A DNA stretch of 19,214 nucleotides from an uncultured bacterium (GTDB lineage: Bacteria; Macinerneyibacteriota; Macinerneyibacteria; Macinerneyibacteriales; DSCS01): the NCBI GenBank assembly GCA_964548195.1, contig CAZJQC010000025.1, positions 1 to 19,214 on the forward strand, written 5' to 3'. Shown piece by piece: positions 8,655 through 16,167 of the stretch. The translations under genes and the position numbers were made by a program. The notes beneath the pieces are model-generated. The model was not told the DNA's origin. It was given only the letters and a program-made list of their open reading frames with translations, and ran no database searches. The first letter of the stretch is position 1; each line of letters begins with the position of its first letter.

Positions 8655-9725
8655 ATGAATAGATTATACCGTATGACCGTATTCCTGCTCTTGGCAGGGG
8701 CATTTTTCATGGCCGGATGCGGAAAAGAGAAACCCGAAACGGTGGAGATGAACATATCAAAGGTGTTTGAACTTAAAGACCTTACCGGCGGGAACATAGC
8801 CTGTTCGGCGGGTATATACAAGGACAGCATCTTCTATGTCAGAAGGCTGCCCGAGACATATTCCATAGTCTTTACGGATTTTGAGGGGAACGAACTGAGG
8901 CATTTTGACATACCCGTGGGAAAGGGCCCCGGCGAAGTGATGATGTCAATGGGAGTAAAGATCAACAACGGAATATTGTATTTTTACGACCTTTTTCTCA
9001 AACGGCTGTCAAAGTTTGACCTGGACGGTAATTTCATAGACAGCATAGATTATTCGGATGAAGCGGGTATAGTCATCTTCTTTGCATTCCTTGATGAAAA
9101 GCTTTATGTGCACAGTGTCAACGAGGTGTTTATCGGGGAGATGGATCCCGAAAACGGCCGTATCATAAAAAAGCTGGACCATGTTATCAGGGGGCTTCCG
9201 GAAGTCGACACGAAACTGGTCGGAGGCATGCTTGAAACGGACCCCTTTGAAGATGAAATATACGTGGGCTACGGATGCAAGCCGTTCAGGATCGAACGTT
9301 ATGACACCGATTTCAACAAGATAGGGGAATATACGTACAACGACGACGGCGATTATCGCGATCTGGTATACAAGGAAGGGCTTCGTATCAACGGGGAGAC
9401 CCTTGTCAACTCTCTGGCGGCGGACGCCGGTTATGTGTATTCGCCGCATGTCGGGGACAGCGAGATGTGGAACGGGGTTAAAAACGTGAGAGACGAATAC
9501 CCCGTGGAAATCTACGCCTTTTCCAAAGAGACACGGAAACTGAAATACATATATAAAAGCAGGATGATGCCGGCGCATCAGGGCACGCTGGGCGTGATAG
9601 GCACTTATCAGGGCAAGCTTGTGCTTATAGTCAGCGGATTCGGCAAATCGGTGGAAAATTTCAGCGGCGACGCTGAAGACAAGTCATGGCGCGGATACGC
9701 TGTGGTGGTCGACACGGAAAAATAG
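8655..9725 (+). CDS. Lipoprotein A, probable 6-bladed beta-propeller (NHL-like) fold
   Basis: Signal peptide with lipobox (MAGC), 'GKGPGE' motif and 'RLSKFDLDGNFI' blade-like segments; RBS AAAGGAG; paralogue of 11748..12806. Confidence 0.75.
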   Translation: MNRLYRMTVFLLLAGAFFMAGCGKEKPETVEMNISKVFELKDLTGGNIACSAGIYKDSIFYVRRLPETYSIVFTDFEGNELRHFDIPVGKGPGEVMMSMGVKINNGILYFYDLFLKRLSKFDLDGNFIDSIDYSDEAGIVIFFAFLDEKLYVHSVNEVFIGEMDPENGRIIKKLDHVIRGLPEVDTKLVGGMLETDPFEDEIYVGYGCKPFRIERYDTDFNKIGEYTYNDDGDYRDLVYKEGLRINGETLVNSLAADAGYVYSPHVGDSEMWNGVKNVRDEYPVEIYAFSKETRKLKYIYKSRMMPAHQGTLGVIGTYQGKLVLIVSGFGKSVENFSGDAEDKSWRGYAVVVDTEK

Positions 9726-9741
9726 CGATATTGCCTGTCGC

Positions 9742-9771
9742 AAAGGGGGGATGTCATCCCCCCTTTTTTTT
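9742..9771. terminator. Probable bidirectional terminator between convergent genes
   Basis: AAAGGGGGGAT-GTC-ATCCCCCCTTT with a T8 run on the plus strand. Confidence 0.85.
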
Positions 9772-9786
9772 AAGGTCTGCCCGGAG

Positions 9787-11214
9787 TTAAAAAGCCATGA
9801 TCATGTTCATGCCGGTCGTGCTTCTGACTGTATCCGCGGTCATCTCGCCGCTTCTTATCATAGAGTCGGCGACAAGGTATGCTCCCGCAAGTCCCATCAT
9901 CAGGTCCTGCTGTCTCACGCGCGCGTCCACTGCGATGACGGATCTGACGCCGGAGTGACTTTCAAGATATCCGGAACTCAATCCCTCTCTCCACCAGGGT
10001 TCGATGATACCGCTGCTTGAACCGTCTTCCGGCTTATCCGAGTCACTGTCGCCGTTTTGAGACGATGAGGAATCCTGTTCATTGTCATTCTGATCGTCAT
10101 CCTCAAACCAGTCCACTATCCAGTCGACGAGCAGTACTATGCCCTGAGTGACCGCGGCGCCTATGAGTGAGCCCAGCGGCCCGCCTATCAGGCCGCCGAT
10201 CCAGGCGCCCAGTATGGCGGCACCGGAGTCGATGGCGGAACCCAGTCCGAATCCGCCGCCCATGCCCCCGCCTCCGCCGATATTATCCAGCGCGCCGAGC
10301 CCGGCCAGGCCACGGACCGAGTCTATAAAACCCGGGTCAAATCCGCCCATCTGCGGATCATGTATGATGTCGTTATGAAAGCCGTGTATTTGGTCAAGCC
10401 CCATACGGCCCGCCTCTTTTGCCGGGATGAATATCACAAAGGCGTTTGCCGCCGAATCCATCGGGTCTCTGGCCGTTACAAGCGAATCAAATCTCGTGTT
10501 TTCCTGAGTCGTCATGGAAGAGCGCATTGCTATGCCCACCTCCGGCAGCGCGTATATTCGCGTCATGTCCACCACAGCCACCCAATAGCCGTTCACATAG
10601 CCGATGGGCCCGGTTTTCTTTAACTGAGCTATTATTCCCTTCAGAGCGGCCTTGCCTGCCGCCGGGCTTTTTACCGCATTCTTATATGCGTCGACCATGG
10701 GACGCATGGTCTCGAAACGGGCGGTAATCGTCCTGCTCAGCGCGGGTCTTTTCGACGACGGGCGGTATTTGCGCAGGTCATAGGCCTTGCTCAGCGCGGG
10801 TTTTGCAGTTGTTTTCAATGTGCCCGCAGGTTTCATTGAGACCGGTTTTTTTGATGAAAAAAGCCGGGCTACGGTAAAGTGTGACCTTGTTGAGTCCATA
10901 TATTTACGGTCCTCGGAGATGATCTTTATAAAAAAATCACCTGAAGCCGCCTTGTTTCCGGCAGTGTACCCTGCCTTCCATCTGTATGACCCGTATGCCG
11001 CCGGCATTTTGACTATGGTCCCGAAATAAGCGCCGTTTTTAATCAGTTCCAGCGTGACATTGCCTTTGATGCCTTCGGCTTTCCAGTGGATCATCACCTC
11101 TTCCCCCGCCTTGTAAGACTCCCCCCCTTTGGGCGATATAAGTTCCAGAGATGCAGGGTATAGCGCGGCTACCACAAACAACAAGACTGTCAACAACACG
11201 ACAGGACGCTTCAT
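9787..11214 (-). CDS. Secreted hypothetical protein: N-terminal Ig-like ('Ser-Thr-rich GPI-anchored family'-type) domain, glycine-zipper hydrophobic segment, acidic tract
   Basis: RBS AAAAGGAGG; signal peptide MKRPVVLLTVLLFVVAALYP; 'LISPKGGESYKAGEEVMIHW...GSYRW...DFFIKI..DSTRSHFTV'; GxxxG-rich 'GAAILGAWIGGLIGGPLGSLIGAAV'; D/S-rich stretch. Confidence 0.75.
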   Translation of the reverse strand: MKRPVVLLTVLLFVVAALYPASLELISPKGGESYKAGEEVMIHWKAEGIKGNVTLELIKNGAYFGTIVKMPAAYGSYRWKAGYTAGNKAASGDFFIKIISEDRKYMDSTRSHFTVARLFSSKKPVSMKPAGTLKTTAKPALSKAYDLRKYRPSSKRPALSRTITARFETMRPMVDAYKNAVKSPAAGKAALKGIIAQLKKTGPIGYVNGYWVAVVDMTRIYALPEVGIAMRSSMTTQENTRFDSLVTARDPMDSAANAFVIFIPAKEAGRMGLDQIHGFHNDIIHDPQMGGFDPGFIDSVRGLAGLGALDNIGGGGGMGGGFGLGSAIDSGAAILGAWIGGLIGGPLGSLIGAAVTQGIVLLVDWIVDWFEDDDQNDNEQDSSSSQNGDSDSDKPEDGSSSGIIEPWWREGLSSGYLESHSGVRSVIAVDARVRQQDLMMGLAGAYLVADSMIRSGEMTADTVRSTTGMNMIMAF

Positions 11215-11266
11215 ATAAACCTCCTTTTGAAAATGTGATGAATATGTATGCGGAATATTCTGATTA

Positions 11267-11295
11267 AATATATTACCGGTTTTTTATTTTTTAAA
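11267..11295 (-). promoter_or_regulatory. Putative sigma-70 promoter of the 475-aa secreted protein
   Basis: Minus strand TTTAAA-N17-TATATT about 52 nt upstream of ATG 11214. Confidence 0.45.
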
Positions 11296-11342
11296 GTATC
11301 GCGCGGGAATACAGGGCCCGAAATGCGGCCGGACATATATGA

Positions 11343-11459
11343 CAAAAGACGGGAAGCCGCCACCGGCCGGGGAGGGGGAGGGATTGTAGGAGTGAGGGAT
11401 CCTCCCCCGAACGGCCTTTGGCTGTGTTGTGTCTTTGCGGTAGTTTCGTTTCAATGCTT
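11343..11459 (-). ncRNA. Candidate small RNA with a C-rich (anti-SD) hairpin loop
   Basis: Upstream TTGATT-N17-CATAAT (11494-11466); long GC-rich hairpin 11365-11416 with loop CCCUCACUCCUACA; terminal GGCGG-CUUC-CCGUC-UUUU. No known family recognised. Confidence 0.45.
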
Positions 11460-11668
11460 ACGCCTATTATGCGGCGGTTCGCTAAAAAAATCAATACCCG
11501 GAGGCCGTATTTCCGACAACCCGCATTATAGGCTGACGAAAGGCGGTTTTCAGGGTGTAAGGCGCAATCCCGATGCGCGAAAATGGACCTGAAAAATGGC
11601 GGTACGTGATATTCCGGGGGTAAGACCGGCAGGTGAAGGGAAAAATGCATCAGGTTTTTGGATGAAAG

Positions 11669-11700
11669 TGAAACCTTCGATGTTTAGGGCACGTCTCATA
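11669..11700 (+). promoter_or_regulatory. Putative ECF sigma-factor promoter (copy 3, lipoprotein B-GNAT-GNAT)
   Basis: TGAAAC-N17-CGTCTCATA, the best match of the three to the SigW/SigM/SigV-type consensus. Confidence 0.65.
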
Positions 11701-11747
11701 CACATTGGGTGGATCTATTGCAAGAAATGTAAAAAAAAGGAGAAAAG

Positions 11748-12806
11748 ATGAGGTCTTACAAAATAATGGCTTTGTTTTGTGTTTTCGCGTTGTCTCTTTT
11801 CGCCTGCGTTAAGGGCGTGCATGTCGAAGTAAAAGAGGCCGCCGTGAGCGCGGTGATAGATATCAGCGACATCGCTCCGGAAAGCGCTTACGCGGAAGCC
11901 GTTATATACAAGGGCAACCTGGTCTATGTTAACAAGGAACGGGAGACATACAATGTCATATTCATGGATCTTGACGGTAATGAGCTGAGACGCTTTGCCC
12001 TGGATTCCGGGCGCGGACCCGGCGAGATGCTGCATCCCGCCGGTATAGTCATAGACAATGACATCATATATATGAGGGACCTCTTTCTGCACAGGGTCTC
12101 GAAGTTTGATATGGACGGCTCCTTTACGGACAGTTTTGAATATAATACGGAGACAGGCGATATCAGCGCGTATGACGTCAAAGACGGCACAATATTCTTT
12201 CACGGCGAAAGCAAAGTGTTTCTGGGTGAAATAGAAGCCTCCCAAGGGATTGTCGGAAAGTTGTGCCGCTACGAGTCCGAAAGGGCTCCGCAGGTCGGGG
12301 ACAAGGTCGAGGACGCGCTGCTCACAGTCGATCCCTTCAGCGGTGACATATTCATGGGCTATTATTCAATGCCGTATAAGATAGAAAGATACGACAGTGA
12401 GTTCAACAAATTGTCCGAATATAACCTTGCCAATACGGACGGGCTCTCCGAAGCGCGTTATATAAGGGGCATGAACGTGGAAGGGGACGTGGCGATCACA
12501 GCGGTCAAGACCGACAGATACAGTGTCTATGCGCCGCGTATCGCCGCGAGGCTTGACATGACTGACAAGGGCGTTTCGTTCACACCGTTCCCCGTTGAGA
12601 TCATGGGCTTCAAAAAAGACGATCCGCGTTCGGCGATAAAATATGTCAACAGCCGTCTTTCCGCACATAAAGGCATCATCTCGTTGATCGGTGTGACCGA
12701 TGATCATATAGTGGTGATGATAAACGGGTTCGGAGATGCTGTATCCTCTTTGCTGGACACGGGTAAGGATGACTGGCGCACCGTAGCGGTGATATTAAAA
12801 AAATGA
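11748..12806 (+). CDS. Lipoprotein B, probable 6-bladed beta-propeller (NHL-like) fold
   Basis: Lipobox LFAC, 'GRGPGE', 'HRVSKFDMDGSF', 'DPFSGDIFMGY..PYKIERYDSEFNK'; collinear with 8655..9725; RBS AAGGAG. Confidence 0.75.
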   Translation: MRSYKIMALFCVFALSLFACVKGVHVEVKEAAVSAVIDISDIAPESAYAEAVIYKGNLVYVNKERETYNVIFMDLDGNELRRFALDSGRGPGEMLHPAGIVIDNDIIYMRDLFLHRVSKFDMDGSFTDSFEYNTETGDISAYDVKDGTIFFHGESKVFLGEIEASQGIVGKLCRYESERAPQVGDKVEDALLTVDPFSGDIFMGYYSMPYKIERYDSEFNKLSEYNLANTDGLSEARYIRGMNVEGDVAITAVKTDRYSVYAPRIAARLDMTDKGVSFTPFPVEIMGFKKDDPRSAIKYVNSRLSAHKGIISLIGVTDDHIVVMINGFGDAVSSLLDTGKDDWRTVAVILKK

Positions 12807-13360
12807 CGGTCTCTACTGATTTTCTCTCCGGCCTTTGCCTGGAAACCGAAAGGCTTCTTGTCAGGCCGTGGGATGCCGATGAATTTGAGATGTACAACCG
12901 GCTCTGCCGGGAAAGCAGGCGCGGCCGGTTTTTTGAGAGCTGGTCAATGGAAAGGAAAGAGGCGCTGGCTTTTTTCAAATGGCAGCTCTCAAAATACGGA
13001 GACCCCGACCCTGTAAACGATGTCATAGGGTTGTGCATCATCGAAAAGGAGTCCGGCGAACATATTGGCCACTGCGGCATAGGCGTGCATGACGTCTATG
13101 AGGAGACTGAGATCTTTTACGGCATCGTCGCTTCGAAACGGGGAAAAGGCTACGCCACTGAAGTCGCGGCCGCGGTATCACCTGCAGCTCTGCGTGTCTT
13201 TGAACTGCCGTATCTGATCGGGACCGCGGCTTCGGATAACATAGCGTCGCAACGGGTGCTGGAAAAATGCGGGTTTGACCTTATCGCTGAAGAGGAATGT
13301 GATGTGCCCGTGCTCAGGCGAAAGATGATGTTTAAGTATTACAGATATTTAGGAGTGTGA
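12803..13360 (+). CDS. GNAT family N-acetyltransferase (RimJ/RimL-like)
   Basis: 'LETERLLVRP', 'IGHCG', 'EIFYG', 'RGKGYATE', 'NIASQRVLEKCGF'; ATGA overlap with the lipoprotein. Confidence 0.9.
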   Translation: MTVSTDFLSGLCLETERLLVRPWDADEFEMYNRLCRESRRGRFFESWSMERKEALAFFKWQLSKYGDPDPVNDVIGLCIIEKESGEHIGHCGIGVHDVYEETEIFYGIVASKRGKGYATEVAAAVSPAALRVFELPYLIGTAASDNIASQRVLEKCGFDLIAEEECDVPVLRRKMMFKYYRYLGV

Positions 13361-13884
13361 TGGATTACAGAGAGATGCGATTGGAAGAGATCAAAGACAT
13401 ATGGGCGATAGACCGTACGGAATATGTGGACTCCATATATAAATATGAAGACGGGACCCTTAAAGTGATTCCTGTAAAAGAGACCTTTTACGGCTGGCCG
13501 TCCGGTTCGGAAAAGATCTACGGGCCTGTCTTGAAAAATTGCCACGATAACGGAGGATATTTTCTGGGGGGATACACGCACGGCATATTAAAAGCAGTAG
13601 TAGTGGTCGACACGCGCCTTATGAAGCGTGAACCTAAGACGCTTCAGCTGAAGTTCCTCCATGTAGACCGGGCATACAGAAAACAGGGCATAGGCGGGAT
13701 CATGTTCATGACGGCCGCCGGAAAGGCAAGAGAACTGGGCGCCGAAAGGATGTACATATCATCATGCGAAAACAAGAACACGGTGGATTTTTACACGCAT
13801 CTCGGCTGCAGACTCTCGGAAGACCCTGACCCCGTGCTGTACAGTTTCGAGCCTGACGACATACACATGGAATATGAACTTTAG
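13360..13884 (+). CDS. GNAT family N-acetyltransferase
   Basis: 'LHVDRAYRKQGIG', 'MYISSCENKNTVDFY..LGC', 'EPDDIHME'; TGATG overlap (alternative in-frame GTG at 13357). Confidence 0.88.
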   Translation: MDYREMRLEEIKDIWAIDRTEYVDSIYKYEDGTLKVIPVKETFYGWPSGSEKIYGPVLKNCHDNGGYFLGGYTHGILKAVVVVDTRLMKREPKTLQLKFLHVDRAYRKQGIGGIMFMTAAGKARELGAERMYISSCENKNTVDFYTHLGCRLSEDPDPVLYSFEPDDIHMEYEL

Positions 13885-14046
13885 CAGACATCGTTAAAAG
13901 AGTTTGAGATGTTCATCAAATATGTGTTTTATAAACACCGGTCCCGGAGTCTACAAAAAAAGAGTTGATGTCATCGCCCGGTGGATGCTCCATGAGCCGT
14001 TTCCGTCTCAGGGCGGGCTTGATCTTTCGATTTAAAAGGGAGTTTA

Positions 14047-14098
14047 TATTTTACTTTACGGCTTTAAAGTAAAATAAGCGTCTTTCGTATTTTACTTT
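14047..14098. repeat. Three copies of TATTTTACTTT (forward, inverted, forward)
   Basis: TATTTTACTTTA (14047-14058) CGGCTT TAAAGTAAAATA (14065-14076); third copy at 14088-14098. Confidence 0.8.
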
Positions 14099-14110
14099 GT
14101 ACGATTTTTG

Positions 14111-14836
14111 TCACAGTTGAAGCTTTTTTTTCAGAGATAGCGCCGGCGCCGTGTCATAGGCCACAGTGTCTATCGAGGCGACAGGTGCAATGCCTTTAAG
14201 GGAGTTTGTGATAAACGCTGAATCATATGCATGCAGTTCATCCCTGTTTATGATCCGTTCCGTCACCTGCGCCTTTTCCAGGACAATCGCCCTTATGATG
14301 CCCGGAAGTATGGGCAATGACAGCGGCGGGGTGCTGATATCAGCGCCTTTTATAAAGAAAATGTTTGCTGTCGTGGTTTCAAGTATTTTCCCGTCAGCGC
14401 TGATGATAAGCGCGTCATCGGCTTCCCTGGAAGACGCGGCGGCTTTCATCTCTTCGTATGCCCTTCTGTCAGCGAGCTTGTGCCGGAAGCGTCCGGGTGT
14501 CTCTCTTATGTCCGCTGTCATACTTAATCTGTAAGCCTCTTTTGTTTCGGGCATGGCTCTCAGGCTGACGGACATATGGCCCGTGCCCAGTGTGATGCGG
14601 CATGCCGCATGTCTCATCCCGTTTTTTGACGTCAATGTGTTAATGATCTCCGCGAAGTCCGCTTCGCGCGATGTGAGTCCGAGCGCTGCCGCGGACGATC
14701 TCAGCCTTGACAGGTGTCTCTCAAGATACAGGGGGATGCCGTCCGTGACGGCCAGTGTCGTGAATATCCCGTCGGCGAGGCCTGTCTTGACCTCGCTTTT
14801 GACATATCGGCCGTCGCGCCAGAATATCATGGGCAT
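14111..14836 (-). CDS. pabC: Class IV PLP aminotransferase family, probable 4-amino-4-deoxychorismate lyase
   Basis: 'DGIFTTL', 'LERHLSRL', candidate catalytic Lys in 'HKLADR', 'ETTTANIF', 'ILPGIIR', 'FITNSL'; directly downstream of pabAB. Confidence 0.8.
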   Translation of the reverse strand: MPMIFWRDGRYVKSEVKTGLADGIFTTLAVTDGIPLYLERHLSRLRSSAAALGLTSREADFAEIINTLTSKNGMRHAACRITLGTGHMSVSLRAMPETKEAYRLSMTADIRETPGRFRHKLADRRAYEEMKAAASSREADDALIISADGKILETTTANIFFIKGADISTPPLSLPILPGIIRAIVLEKAQVTERIINRDELHAYDSAFITNSLKGIAPVASIDTVAYDTAPALSLKKKLQL

Positions 14837-16167
14837 ACCGCCTTTTTGAAATTGCTGATCTTTGCCATGATCTCGTCATACTCGCCCTCGGGGTCGGAAT
14901 CGATGGTCACGGCGCCGCCCGAATTAAGATAACATATGCCGTCTTTTATGACTGCGGTCCTGATCACTATGTTTGAGATGACGCTTCGGGCGTTCAGCAC
15001 CATTATGGAACCGGTGTAGAGCACGCGTTCGTGTTCCTCCAGTTCGTCTATCACCTTAAGGCAGGTGTATTTGGGACAGCCGGTGACCGAGCCGCCCGGG
15101 AAAGCGCCTTTCAACAGATCGGCCATGTCCCTTTTTTTGTCCAAATCGCCTCGTATGACGGAGACGGCCTGAAACACATTCTCATATGCCTCTATCATGC
15201 GCGCATGTATCACCTTTACGCTGCCCGGCGAGCATGTCTTGTTCATGTCGTTTCTCAGCAGATCCGTTATCATGAAGAGTTCGGCTTTTTCTTTTTCCGA
15301 ATCAAGCAGCATATCTCTCAGTCGGACATCCTCTTCCGGGCTCTTTCCCCTGGGGGCGGTGCCCTTTATGGGACGTGTCTCCGCGTTGCCGTCACGGCAG
15401 GAGATGAACATCTCCGGCGAGTTGCATATCACTGCGGCGTCCCGGTGATTCATATACGCTGAGAACGGGGCTGGATTTGCCGTGAATATCCTCTTGAAGA
15501 AAGCGAACGGCGATCCCGAAAACCGGCCTCTGAACAGCTGCGACAGGTTCACTTCATACACATATCCCTCACGTATGTGTTCCCTTACGCGTTCCACTTT
15601 GGCCATGTACTCCTCTTTTGAACATTCGCCTTCAAGCCCGGACAGGGCAAAATCACTTCCCGACGCCCGCCCCCCTTCAGGTTTGACAGGTGCGATGAGG
15701 TATTCCGGGCGGATCTCAAAGGACTTTTTTTCCATATGATCCCAGACTATATACGTGTCGTAGTAGACAAAACGGGCGCACGGCAGCTCATAAGGCCGGC
15801 GCACGGTCGGGTTGATGTCTTCTATGGTGTGATAAGCGTCGAATGTGATGAACCCCACGGCGCCGCACAGGGCGGCGTGGCCTTTTGAAAAACATCCGTC
15901 CTCAAGTGAGGTCATCGATCTCAGCCCTTCCCACAGGTCCCGGGCGATGTGTCTTTTTCCCCTTCCCGTTTCCATGAAAAAACCTGTGCCGTCATGGTAA
16001 AAGAGGGCGGCCGGGCCGTACGCGGCGATGGAGTAGCGTCCCGTTTCATGGTCCGCTCCGCCTGTAAGCAGCACCGCCATGTCTTTGGCGGCGAATGGCT
16101 CAAAATATGCAAGCGGGTCGTCAAAGACGCGCGTGGTGACGGTTACTTTTTTTATCATGCGTTTCAT
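14827..16167 (-). CDS. pabB: Aminodeoxychorismate synthase component I
   Basis: Chorismate-binding fold: 'YEVNLS', 'NPAPFS', 'SPE', PIKGT (PabB-type; TrpE has PIAGT), 'DLLRND', 'FPGGSVTGCPK', 'GGAVTIDSDPEGEYDE'. Confidence 0.9.
   Translation of the reverse strand: MKRMIKKVTVTTRVFDDPLAYFEPFAAKDMAVLLTGGADHETGRYSIAAYGPAALFYHDGTGFFMETGRGKRHIARDLWEGLRSMTSLEDGCFSKGHAALCGAVGFITFDAYHTIEDINPTVRRPYELPCARFVYYDTYIVWDHMEKKSFEIRPEYLIAPVKPEGGRASGSDFALSGLEGECSKEEYMAKVERVREHIREGYVYEVNLSQLFRGRFSGSPFAFFKRIFTANPAPFSAYMNHRDAAVICNSPEMFISCRDGNAETRPIKGTAPRGKSPEEDVRLRDMLLDSEKEKAELFMITDLLRNDMNKTCSPGSVKVIHARMIEAYENVFQAVSVIRGDLDKKRDMADLLKGAFPGGSVTGCPKYTCLKVIDELEEHERVLYTGSIMVLNARSVISNIVIRTAVIKDGICYLNSGGAVTIDSDPEGEYDEIMAKISNFKKAVCP

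Noticed and set aside
11248..11650. ORF-track ORFs 11248..11592 (+) and 11291..11650 (-)
   Set aside because: No convincing RBS or protein-like features; the region is better explained by promoters and RNA structure.
13885..14046. Possible gene remnant between the GNAT and pabC
   Set aside because: Short open frames exist on both strands, but none has a recognisable motif.
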